A stretch of DNA of 64,000 bases from NCBI RefSeq assembly GCF_009914755.1, contig NC_060929.1; one strand, 5' to 3'. The notes below the pieces were generated by a model, which was given only the letters and a program-made list of their open reading frames with translations, had not been told where the DNA came from and did no database searches. Positions within the stretch are counted from its first letter, which is position 1. Each line of letters starts with the position of its first letter. The stretch is from the human T2T-CHM13v2.0 reference genome, Homo sapiens. Of this stretch, positions 26,736 through 42,394 are shown piece by piece. The translations under genes and the position numbers were made by a program.

Positions 26736-27093
26736 TGATATGGTTTGGCTCTGTGTCTCCACCCAGATCTCACCTTGAATTGTAATAATCCCCACGTGTC
26801 AAGGGTGGGACCAGGTGGAGGTAATTGGATCATGGGGGTGGTTTCCCCCATGCTGTTCTCGTGAGAATGAGTGACTCTTACAAGACTTGATGGTTTTATA
26901 AGCGTCTGGCATTTCCCCTGCTTGCACTCATTCTCTCTCCTCTCGCCCTGTGAAGAGATGCCTTCCACCACGATTGTAAGTTTCCTGAGGGCTCCCCAGC
27001 CATGTAGAACTGGGTGTCAATTAAACCTCTTTTCTTTATAAATTACCCAGTCTTGGGTAGTTCTTCATAGCAGCATGAGAAGGGACTAATACA
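26736..27093 (+). mobile_element. THE1C-like MaLR solo LTR
   Basis: TGATATGGTTTGGCTCTGTGTC...GACTAATACA; perfect TSD CCAAT. Confidence 0.93.
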
Positions 27094-29266
27094 CCAATCT
27101 ATGGGAGGAAAATGTTTGCCAATGGCCTGTTGTGACTGACCTCTTCTGGGTGAATATCAAATTCTCAAGTGATGGAGGGAAGCAAATACCAGGATCACAT
27201 AGGGAGATTTGTAGAATCTCACATGATCCAGGCATTCCAGTGCTAGAGTGGTTGGCGTAAAATTATAAATTAATCAGTAAAAATAATTGTTTTCTACAAA
27301 GGGCAAAACAGCAATTTTAGGAAATTGGTCACACAATCCGATAGAAAGGAAAAGAAAAAACATGCTAAAATCACACTGTTAGGGGGTATGGGCCATGAAT
27401 CTGTCCCATTGGGTTTCTGCCATCCCCATTCTGAAAAGCCCTACAGCCTACTAAGCCTTGTCTCACAACCCCAAGCTTACAAAGTGTACTAGATGTGCAT
27501 GGTTTATCATAGAGGTATCATCTCCTTAGCAGGAGAAAAGGAACCAACACTGAGTGCCAGCTCAGTGCCAGGTGCTTCAAAGATTCTGAGAAAGATGTTC
27601 ATCAATCAGGAAGGATTGAGATGAGATTCTGTTTTGAAACATACAATCCCAACGATGAAGACCCTCAGGACTATTAGAACATCTTTTCACGCAGTAACAG
27701 CAAAGTGTAATGAACACGGCTACCAATTTTAGGGGAAAAGCTGCCTGTTACTATTGTCAAGATCCAATAAATAATTCAGCATGGAAATAGTGACATCATT
27801 TTCATTGGGCAAAGTCCAAAATAAAAACCTTGCAGGTAAGTTCTTTGTAATACATCACACTCCGAAGATATATAAATAAATTGATTTGGCTTTCAGCTGT
27901 TAGAAAGTAGATTGCTGTTTTAAATGAATAAACAAATTATATATCTTTCCTACCAAGAGTAATACTTTCTATGTGGCCATGAAGAGACCTCCTAGAGAAG
28001 ACATTGATGAGGCATAATCATCTTCTCACACTGTGCTTTGGTAGTTGCATAACTGGAAGGGAAGTCTGATGTGGAGGGAGTGCAACTTTATCAAACAAAT
28101 GACCCAGTCATTTTGTTACCCTTCTGATACTAAAAGCACTTTATGAAACTGGGCCCCATGAAGTACTTAAATGACCTGTCTTCAGACTCTATCCCTCCAT
28201 CCAAATGGCTTAAACTAAAATCATTACCATATAAACTATTTTGAAAATATTTATGTGTAATCCTGATAAAAAGTGTTTAGAGCAGCATGTTCTTAGCCAC
28301 AGTATTTCCAAAAATATCTCTTGCAGATGCCAATAAATCAGTGCATAACCTGTATTATCTGTGCCTTCAACCATCTGCACTGTTCTTCATCTTTGAAGCC
28401 AGCTGTTGAAAGGCATTAATCACAAGGTTATGCCCCATCCAAACAGGATTGTTTGACAATGGCATACACAGTCATCCATGAGTTGGGCTGGTCTAATCAC
28501 AATACAACACACATTGCTGATAGAAGATAAGGGTCTTTGCAACTGTGTGTGGCCTGCACAGTTGCACAATGTCAGTGAGGCCAAAAGGTGCTACCACGAG
28601 AGTAGAGAGTTGTTTTCAAAATGAAAAAATGTAAACTACTGCCTTGTTTGCCCTAAGATAGCTGATATATGAAATCTACCAGTCTGCTAAGATTTTAAAA
28701 CCTCCAAATAGCAAAACTTGCAGTATACATTCTATGAGTTTATCATAAATAAATAAAATCATACCTGATCCTTCATATTCTTATCTAACTCTGGTGTTAG
28801 TTGAAATAATCAAATTTTTAGGAGGTTTTTTTTTAACCAAATAATTACTCGCACAAACCTGAAAATAAAAGGCCTCTTTACCAGAATGGTTTCTACAGAA
28901 TGTTAAATGCAACACTTAGGTTAATCTGTATCTCAGTGTGTAACCACATCCTGCCCTGCAGACCTCAGACATGGAAAAGTGTGGAAGAACAGCAATGGGC
29001 CTGTCTGCCCCAGGATGGGCTTACATCTCACTCTCTAAGGAATTTCAGTTGTAACAAACTTTGGAAGAAACTTTTATTTCAAGAGATTGTGATTCAAGTT
29101 ATGAGGCCTGATGTTTTCTTCTTCAATTGCCTGTCATATAATGACAAATGTTGGCAAATCCTTCCTCAGGCTCACTTACAATCTATGAAATTGAAAGATG
29201 GCTGTGATTTTGGTCAAGGCCAATGGAACCAGGCAACCCTACACTAGTTATAAGAATAAAATGTCA

Positions 29267-29581
<315 letters not shown>

Positions 29582-29796
29582 TCAAATTAGCAATTCCACT
29601 TCAACAAATTTATCTTAAGAGAATAAAGATGGGAGCAAAGATTAATATACAGAAAAATTCACAGAAGTATTTATTTTGTGGGAAAAAAATTGAGAAAAAT
29701 CTTAATATTCAATAACTGCATTAGACAGATGGTGGTACCTCCCTTTTAAATGATAATACAGGTGAAAAAAAAATGTTTACATTGAAAGTTAAATAA

Positions 29797-30085
29797 GGGC
29801 CAGGCACAGTGGCTCTGTTTGCAATCCCAGTAGTTTGGAAGGCTGAGGTGGGAGGATCGCTTGAAGCCAGGAGTTTGAGATTAGCCTGGGTAAAACAGCA
29901 AAACCACATCTCTACAAAAAATAAAAATAAAAAAATTAGTCAGGCATGATGGCGTGTACCTGTAGTCCTAGCTACTCAGAAGGCTGAGGCAGGAGGATCA
30001 CTTGAGTCCAGGAGTTCAAGGATGACTCCACTGCACTCCAGCCCGGGCAACAGAGGAAGACCCTATCTAAAAATAAATAAATAAA
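29797..30085 (+). mobile_element. AluJ within L1ME 3' fragments (~29590-30250)
   Basis: GGAGGATCGCTTGAAGCCAGGAGTT; (TAAA)n tail. Confidence 0.9.
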
Positions 30086-30369
30086 TACATGTTAAGTAAT
30101 GGAAAAAGTTCTAAAATACCAAAAGCAGATGAGCTAATTTTAATGGGGAAAATGTATCTAGATATGCATAGTCCAAAAGAATATATCATATAATTATGGC
30201 TTACTTTAATTTTTTTCCTTGTTTTTAATTTTTCTAGAATAAATATGTAAAGACTTACTTGGATAACTTTATTTTTAAAAGCATATTTTATTTTTTAAAA
30301 ATTAAAATGTCAGAGACCAAAAATACTACTTGCCCAATGTCTGCAGTGGATATTGGTAGTTCCTCCTTC

Positions 30370-30785
30370 TTACTTGAAAAGTCAGGACAAGCTAACTGAT
30401 GAAATAGAAAAACCCTACATCTCAGTGACTAATCCCAATTAGAGGTTGGTTTTCACAAATGCAAGGGTCTATTTTAGCTGTTCCTAGTCAGGCATTCTCT
30501 TGGGCAGCTCTTCTCTGAGCAGTGACCCAGGATCCAAGCCTCTTACAATCTAGTGGCTTCGCTGAATCTAGTGCATTAAGTCAGCAGGTGAGGGAAGAGG
30601 ATTTAGAGGATTGCATTGGAGGTTTCCTCAGACAAGCCTGGAAATAACTCACAATACTTCTGCCTGATTCCATTGGCTGAAACTCAGTCCTATGACCATA
30701 TCTAACTGACAGGAAGACTGATAAATATTTAGTTATGTGTCTACGAGGAAAAAGGAAATAACATGGTAAACAACTAGCCAACTGT
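30370..30785 (-). mobile_element. Ancient MLT1J/K-type LTR
   Basis: TTCCATTGGCTGAAACTCAGTCCTATGACCATATCTAACTG motif. Confidence 0.6.
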
Positions 30786-31399
30786 AGTCATACTAGTGTA
30801 ACCACACTTCCACATGGTGACTCTACTTAGTTCAGGAGAGTAGGGGTAAGCATCCTTCTGAGATCGAGAAAATGAGGAAATGAAACTTAATCTAACTGAA
30901 ACCAATGCAAATACATGGAATTTATCTAATCCCCACCTACTGGAGCAGTGAACAGGAGAGAATTAAATGGACATTGCAAAAGAAGGCATTCCCAACCATG
31001 CCCTATATTGCAGGACTCACTTTTCTCAATCATCGACTCATGATGACCTTGCCAGAATGGAATAGCTTCATGCTATCCATGACTGCCCCCAACAGACTGG
31101 GTGAATGCACATGGCTGACAGCACCCAGGCTGAACTGGGGTGACTCAGATCTCATCTTCAGAAACATGATTATATCAACAGGTCAAAGCTGTGGGACAAT
31201 CAAACATTCATGTAGTCAAATATATTAACCTGAAATCTAATAGTGTGAGGCACCCTGACTGAAGAAACAGTGCATTAACAGAAAGAGATGGCCTTCAGAG
31301 AGTTTAGTAAAAAAAAAAAAAAAAAAAAAAAGCTAAGAGTAAGAATGTATCAGTCTATTCATCACCAGTCAGGGAGAGACATTAAATCATAATTTTAGC

Positions 31400-31630
31400 T
31401 AATATTCATTGAACTTGATGGCTCTCAGGCTTCTAAACATGTCACATGCATTGTATCACTTAATTTCATAACAACTTAATGAAATAGGTTGTATGCAAAT
31501 AGATGAGGTTCATCTTGACAGATGAGGAAACTGACGGTCAGGGAGTGTAACTGAACCGCTCAAGTTTTAGTTTGTAAGTGGCAGAGTCAGAAGAGAATGG
31601 ACAGTGTCGGATACCAGAACCTAAGAGTAT
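31400..31630 (-). mobile_element. MIR SINE
   Basis: ACAGATGAGGAAACTGA core. Confidence 0.75.
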
Positions 31631-31729
31631 GTGGACTCATTGCAACATGTGCAACATGAAAATTGTGATCACCTGAGAAGTGGCTGGGTAGAGTGATTCA
31701 TCAGGTTCTACCCTGGCCTGGGTAAAATA

Positions 31730-31895
31730 TTTTCCTTATCTTAAACTTGACTGGTATCCTCTGGGGGAGCTTATAAAAAATACAGTTCCCAAGCTCCATC
31801 CCAGGCCCTAGTAAATGAAAATCTGAGTGAGGCCCAAGGGTCCCTCTTCGTAACAAGCCCCTGTGGTGATATTGATCTGCAGTGATGTTTGGGAA
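31730..31895. mobile_element. MER5-like MITE
   Basis: TTAAACTTGACTGG...GGGGAGCTTATAAAAAATACAG...TAACAAGCCCC. Confidence 0.55.
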
Positions 31896-32147
31896 TTAAT
31901 ACTCCAGACATTTCTTCCATTAGCTCTGGTAACACACACACTTGGAAGACTCTACTCAAAAAATTTAGTCGTGTTGACAATGGAATGGAGTCCCCTAGAT
32001 GATGTACATAAAATTCCACTCAGAGGAAAATGTGCGCTCTTTTGTGAATGAATAGATTAGCTTTTAGTTTTGTATAGTAGTCTTTTGGAAACTTGATCAG
32101 CATAAGTAGATCCTCCCAAATGTGTTCCTCTCATTTTGTGGTTTGGG

Positions 32148-32372
32148 TAGGGTGACCAATCCTCCTTGTTTGCCCAGGGTTTTCCTAGTTTTTCCACTAG
32201 AAGTTCCACATTCTAAGAGATTCCTCTGATCATACTGAGATGGTTGGTAGGGTTATCAACTCATCCCAGCTTGTCTGAAACTGTTCTATGTTTTAAAACT
32301 GAAGTTCCCATATCCTGGCAATCCTCTGAGACCCAGGCAAACTGGGTCAGTTCATCATCCTAATTGGTCACC
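32148..32372. mobile_element. Two MER94-like (hAT-Blackjack) MITEs, one nested near the end of the other
   Basis: Outer TAGGGTGACCAA...TTGGTCACC; inner TAGGGTTATCAAC...CATCATCCTA (32248-32362). Confidence 0.65.
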
Positions 32373-34779
32373 AGTCACTGCCTCCCTATGAGACTCTTAT
32401 CTATGTAATCTGCTGGCCTCAGAAAAATTCTCTATTTTATCTTTTACTAAAATATATTGTCCCAAGACTCAGTGATGTCCAGAGTTTTTGGGAAGTAAGA
32501 ATTGTGTTTCTAATGAGGCCTTGTAAATATTAAAACATACAGCTTACAGGCCATTGTGGAAATTTATTTAGAGAAAAGAAATTGTGAGGATTTTCTCAAA
32601 TATGGAATGCTCTGAAATTTCCTTTCATCCTTTCCTAAATAGGGCTGAAAAAGTAAACCAGAGGTGTGTTACTATGTAGTTCCGAATATTGATAGGAAGG
32701 GATCCAAAGGCCACACCTTTGCAAATGTGATCATAGAAATTCCAGGGTCCCTGGAGCCTGCAAAAAAGACTTTGGCATCACCAAGCAATCCCAGTCGAAG
32801 AAGGTCCCCATGCCTCCCTCTTTGGCCTGATACCTCCCTGACTTGCAGCTCAGTCTTTATTCCCCATCTCTCAGACTGATTACATTTCAAGCGAGTGACT
32901 CAAGTGAGTTTGCCTAATAGATTTCCATTTTGTTTCTGAGACCTTTTCTTCATGCAAGAATTGGTTAGTGTTGGGTCAGTCGTTTATATATTAACACGTC
33001 CGAATATTCATAAACAGGGGCTGCTTTAGTGTTCTCAAACTTTGCTTCATGAATAATTCATATGTTTGACAGCAACTATGTTACTCAATTTATTTAAAGA
33101 CTACAATCAATATAGCATGCTGCTCCAAAACATAGCAACCAGTCCTTTAACTGTAGTGTGCTTTAAAATTTTTTTCCCAGTTATTTCACCATCACATTGA
33201 ACCACAAATATATGGTAATTACTAATAATTCTACCTCCATTTTGCATGTCACCACAATCAACATATTGATTGCTTTTTGATTATAATAAATGGTTGGTTA
33301 AATTGAGGGTTTGCGATTAAGAATGTTAAACTCCGATATTTATTTAATTCAGCTGCACCAATTTAGGCTCTGCATGGTAATTTCATAAAAAGCTATTGAG
33401 AATCAGAGTAGTTATTTGAATCAAGGCCTATAAAGAGAGCCCAGTTTCCCCAGGAGAATCTGGCATTTAAGTAAATTACACCAACCAGGGGTTTGGTTTT
33501 GCCTCTTGGAGCATACAAAAAACTCCAGCATTATGCTCATTTTGAAATGTAAATAGAGTGGAGAAAAACTTAGGAAATTCTTCTGTTAACTTTCTATTTT
33601 AGGATTTAAAGAAATAAGTCTCAGAGAAAGACTAAATAAAGCCTATTTACATGGAACTTTGCCCTACATATAAGCAAGGGTCTAAACTGGCTGGGTAAAG
33701 ACACAAATGGGAATTATGGGGGTGAAGGAGGCAGAAGAGTCACTTTGGTAAATAATTTGAGAGATTATCTAGATTTTGGCTTACAGCCGGGAAACCCATT
33801 TCCAAGGAATGAGAAATCTACCATATTTAAAGTCCCTCGGGAGGAGACAATCTTGTTTTTTGTGTAAACCCAGTTTTGTGATAAACAAAGATTAGACCAA
33901 ACTAGAATGATCGCTGTTAGGAAATCCTCACTAACATCACCCAGGCAGCTCTTTCATCTCATTTCCTCTTATTCTCTCTGAATGGCCATCTCTCAACACC
34001 TTTCTCCTTTATTCATTTAAGAAATAGAGTGTACATTCCACTCCATTAACCAGGGACATGATGAAGTTATACAGAAGCACCTTTTGTATTTTCTTGACTA
34101 AGTCATAAATGTTTCATGTGGTAACGTTTCTGAAATCATGATGCATGATAAACATACTGTTTCCCTTCTCACCCCCTGAAAGTTGTTCTGAGTTGGGTGA
34201 CCTCACAATTCACATCATCTTAGAATGGTGAAACTATGATACTGTCATTGCTCAAGGGCTCGTTACACTAGAATTCTTTTAGACATATAATCTACCTGAG
34301 CTTGGACTTCTGACAGAAACCCAAGGCCCTCCTATTCATGAAGGCATTGTGGGGATACTTCTTCCAGAAACCCTGCTATGAGTGCATCCTGGTTTACTTC
34401 CTGTCAACATTGAACACCAGTCAAGATGAAACTGCTTTGCCATCTCTTCTCTCCCAGACTCTCTTCTCTACTATGTTGTCCTTCCTTTCTCCTGCCGCAA
34501 CCCACTGCCTTTCCTTTTTCTCCCAAATCTGCCCATGGTGCTCCCGTGAAACCCTGTTTCCCAGATACTAACTCTGCTGAATTTTCAACATCACAAAATA
34601 TTTCCTGCATCTCCTCACCTAAAGAGAAACCCGGACATTCTGAAGGAAATTGCTTGTTCTGCAGCCCTCTGACCACTTGGTTCTTGCTCTCCCGTACTCC
34701 ATGTGTCCTCCTCAAGTAAGAGATTAGCTTGAAAGAATCTTCCCTCAACAATTCTTCCCCGCTTGACTACATCCTTTTT

Positions 34780-38075
<3,296 letters not shown>

Positions 38076-38099
38076 TTTGGCCTCTGTACCAGGCATTGG

Positions 38100-38330
38100 A
38101 GCTCTAAGCTGTGTATCAGGAGGGCTATGAGCTGCAGAACGAACACAGGCTTTGAATCCCTGCAGGGCCACTTTCCGGATAATGTTGGGCAAGTACTTAA
38201 CCTCTTTGGCCTTCAGTTTTTTCATCTGTAAACTGAAAAATATCCTTCTGGGTTGTTGTAATGATTAAAGGAATCATTATTTAAAAGATAGTGCCTGCCA
38301 TATGAAAGGTACACTCTAAAATTTTAGTTT
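38100..38330 (+). mobile_element. MIR SINE
   Basis: TTGGGCAAGTACTTAACCTCT...CAGTTTTTCATCTGTAAA. Confidence 0.75.
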
Positions 38331-39009
38331 CTCGACTCTCTTCACTTTGGTATTATCTCAGTTTAACTCTTCATCTAATGGAATCCAATAAGCCTTCTTC
38401 ATTCTTTCCCCCTTAGAGCGGTTTCCTTCCTGTACATTACACCATCTTCCCACAACTCATCTACATAGCCACCCTCTTCTTTTCTTTGATGTCTTCCAAG
38501 AGCCGATTCCTGTACCTCATTGCTGAAGCAGACACCACTAATGGTTTTTGCAGAAACTGTGGCGTCAGACACTGCATCAGATGCATAAGTTACTGCACAT
38601 CCATGTGAGCAAAGGATAGGGCTTGAATTCCCAGGTGGGAAATGATAAATATAATTGCTGAAGTGGATACCATTAATGGTTTTTGCAGAAATTGTGCTGT
38701 CAAATCCTTAATCACATGGATACTTCAACTCCCAATAGCAACCAGGATAATAAATTCTGGTGTACCAGAAGTTCTTAGACAGATCTTCTGCATTAAAACA
38801 GAATCTCATGTAAGTATTTGATGAGGACAAAGCAAAAGCTAGATAACAAATCCTTCTCACACAAATGTTCTTAAGAAACTGACTTAGGACCCCAGTCCTA
38901 CATAGATTAATTAACCAACTATTTAAATCTAGTATTTGCTGAGTGCCTTCTATGTACCAGACACTCTGAATGGTCTATGGATGAGTACAGTTTGGAACAG
39001 AAAGCAATT

Positions 39010-39255
39010 TAACACAGCAACTAATAGCATGGGCTCTAGATTCTGTCTGTCCAAACCCAAATCCAGATCGCACCATTAATTACTTGGGTGACTTTGATCA
39101 TTAACTGTTCAGTACTTCATTTTTCTTGTCTGTAAATTGGAAACAACAATAGTACCTTTCTGATAAAGTTGTAAGGAATAAGTGAATTAACACACATTAG
39201 ATGTCACTGAGAACAGCCCCTGCCACTGTATACACTTAAAAATGTTAAGTACTAC
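39010..39255 (+). mobile_element. MIR SINE
   Basis: AGCATGGGCTCTAGA...GGGTGACTTTG...CTGTAAATTGGAAACAACAATAGTACCT. Confidence 0.75.
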
Positions 39256-39468
39256 TATTGCGAGACACAGAGTCAGGGCATCCAGCCCAGGCTTGGGAAC
39301 CAAGAAGGGCTCCCTGGAGGAAACAATGTCAACACTGAGACTGAAAAGATGAATATAGGTGAAAGAAAGAGTGTTTTTGACAGAAGGAAGCACATGCGCA
39401 AACCCCACAGTACAGTGACTATGATCCAAGGTGAAAAACTGTTAGGTTGAGAGTGACTGAGTTACTGC

Positions 39469-39521
39469 GTGTGTGTGTGTGTGTGTGTGAGTAAATGAGT
39501 GTGTGTGTGTGTCTGTGTGTG
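39469..39521. repeat. Interrupted (TG)n microsatellite
   Basis: Directly visible. Confidence 0.9.
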
Positions 39522-40832
39522 TTGGAAGTAGGAGGGCCACAGAGAGATGAAAAGTGTCTCCATTTGCCCCTGTAGTTATACTCTCCTCCACCATGCTCTT
39601 TGCAAGCCTAAGCTGGCTTGAATGCACTACTTCAGTGGTTCCTTTGTCTACTGGCTTCCAGTTGTATTTGGCCAGTGAGAAGGCCTGAAAGGCCATGAGA
39701 GGGAAGGAGGGGAGTGAGAGTGGGATATGACTCCCCTAGTTCCCTTCCTGCAGGGTAGTAGCCTTCCTCACCCAACAGTCTTCCCCAGGCATGGTGATGA
39801 AAGCATCCCAGCCCAGGAAATTCCTGGGGAAGGAAGAGCCCTGACATTCTTTGGATCTCTGGATCTTTCTACCACCTACTGGATGTTTCAATCCCTATCC
39901 CAAGTGTCAGCCCTGAGGAATAAAGAAGAGAAAGGTCTCTATTTTTCTTTTCATAGACCCCTTTTCCCCTTAAAATCTGCTAAGACCAAAAAGTATGAAG
40001 TTCAACTTTTCACTTTCTCAGTTATGTGCTCCTTGTTGATGGTTTGCTAGAGCAGAGGGCTTTATGGCCTAACCATGTGATGGGAGTGTCGTCCACTCTG
40101 TACTATGATGTAAACATCTATGTTCTGAATGCCTCATGAGTGGCCTGGCAATGGTATCTATGGGATGACTTCACCCCAGGGATTACTTAGAACAAATACT
40201 TTGGTTTAACATGCTCATGCTATTTTACCTGTGATGTGAAGACTAGCAATAATATATATAGTGTGTACTACCCAATGTATATAGTGTTTACTCCTGGCAT
40301 GTAGTAAGCAGTTACCATATGGTACCTGTTATTATTTTACAAACCAAAGATGGTGCAGTGATGTGAATATTATTCCTTCTTAGGCAATGATTGTGAAGGG
40401 CTCTCTCTACTGCCCCCACACTGCAGAGCCTACTTGCAGAGACTTTCTTTTTTATTTCATGTTTGCATTTTATAGTTTTTAACCCTGCAGCTGGTATTCT
40501 TCCATGTTGAGCTGCAGTGTAATAGAAAAAGTTGTCTCTGTTATCACCTGCCAGGCTAATCTGTCAGTTGTTCTGGTTCCCAGCACTCCACCACTCTGCC
40601 CTTGGGAAGTGCGTCTCTCTGAGAAGAAATGAGTCAGCCGCTATAGGTGTCCCTGATTCCAGCCCCAGCAAAGTTCTCACCTGTGTAACTTCCTCAGGAC
40701 CACTAGCAAAATAAAAATTGCCGGATATGAGGGCTACTGACAATACCAATCTTAGCCTCTAGGGGCACTCAGTTCTCTCTAGTTTCACCGGAGCTGAAGT
40801 GGTCTGGTAGAGATTATAAAAAATGGCCTCTT

Positions 40833-41147
40833 GGCCGGGTCCGGTGGTGCACGCCTGTAATCCCAGCACTTTGGGAGGCCGAGGCAGGCGGATCACGAGG
40901 TTAGGAGTTCGAGACCAGTCTGACCAATATGGTGAAACCCTGTCTCTACTAAAAATACAAATAAAAATACAAAATTAGCCGGGCGTAGTGGTGCAGGCCT
41001 GTAATCCCAGCTACTCAGGAGGTTGAGGCAGGAGAATCACTTGAACCCTCGGAGGCAGAGGTTTCAGGGAGCCAAGATCATGCCATTGCACTCCTGCCTG
41101 GGCTACAGAGCGAGACTCCATCTCAAAAAAAAAAAAAAAAAAAAAAA
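40833..41147 (+). mobile_element. AluS (Sg-like)
   Basis: Full dimer with duplicated middle linker. Confidence 0.95.
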
Positions 41148-41158
41148 GGCTCTCTTTT

Positions 41159-41450
41159 GGCCAGGTGCTGGGGCTCACACCTGTAATCCCAGAAGTTTGG
41201 GAGGCCGAGGCAGGTGGATCACCTAAGGTCAGGAGTTCGAGACCAGCCTGGCCAACATGGTGAAACCCCGTCTCTACTAAAAATACAAAAATTAGCCGGG
41301 TATGGTGGCATGCACCTGTAATCCCAGCTACTCAGTAGGTGAGGCAGGAGAATCGCTGGAAGCCGGGAGGCAGAGGCTGCAATGAGCCGAGATCATGCCA
41401 CTGCACTCCAGCCTGGGTGACAGAGCAAGACTCCGTCTCAAAAAAAAAAA
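41159..41450 (+). mobile_element. AluSx-like
   Basis: Full dimer directly in tandem with the previous Alu. Confidence 0.95.
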
Positions 41451-41904
41451 GGCTCTTTTACACAAAATAAGCTATCGATACTAGTGTAACTAGAAGACCT
41501 CCAGACTGGTTTGTTTGCACAACTTACAGGGTTCATAGGGACCATGTCCTTCTCTTCGATGCTGTTTCACTGGATGGTAGGCCAAAGTACAAGAACTCTG
41601 AGCTTAGGACAGTTTGGGGGTGTCACTATGTAAGATAAGATGGTTTTCTAAATCTTTTCCAGAATCCTATAATCCTTTCTCTCTATAGGCTCCCAGCCCA
41701 TCTGTCTGGCACTGAGAAGCACCATACACCTAGTGTATGGCAGCCCTGGTCTCTTTCTGGAGCAGGAGTGTATTCTAGCTGGTCTTGAGACTTTTCACGT
41801 TCATCTCCTGTATAGAATGAGGCCTTCTAGACACTGGAAATCCTGCCTTAGTTCGTGAGCTAGTTATTTTAATTCTGTTATTTTTACTTGACCTAAATCA
41901 TTAG

Positions 41905-42252
<348 letters not shown>

Positions 42253-42339
42253 AGCATCTTTCAAAGTATGGTCTGGGGACCAAAGACATTAGAACCACTT
42301 GGGATATTTATTAAAAACAACCATGTCCCTCACCCCAAT

Positions 42340-42347
42340 ACACACAT

Positions 42348-42388
<41 letters not shown>
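42340..42388. repeat. (CA)n microsatellite
   Basis: About 19 perfect CA units after TACACACATGTA. Confidence 0.97.
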
Positions 42389-42391
<3 letters not shown>

Positions 42392-42394
42392 ACC

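Noticed and set aside
40634-40772. CTCF-like motifs GCTATAGGTGTCCCT and CCTCTAGGGGCACT
   Set aside because: Both miss core positions of CCASYAGRKGGCRS; not supportable without a matrix scan or ChIP.
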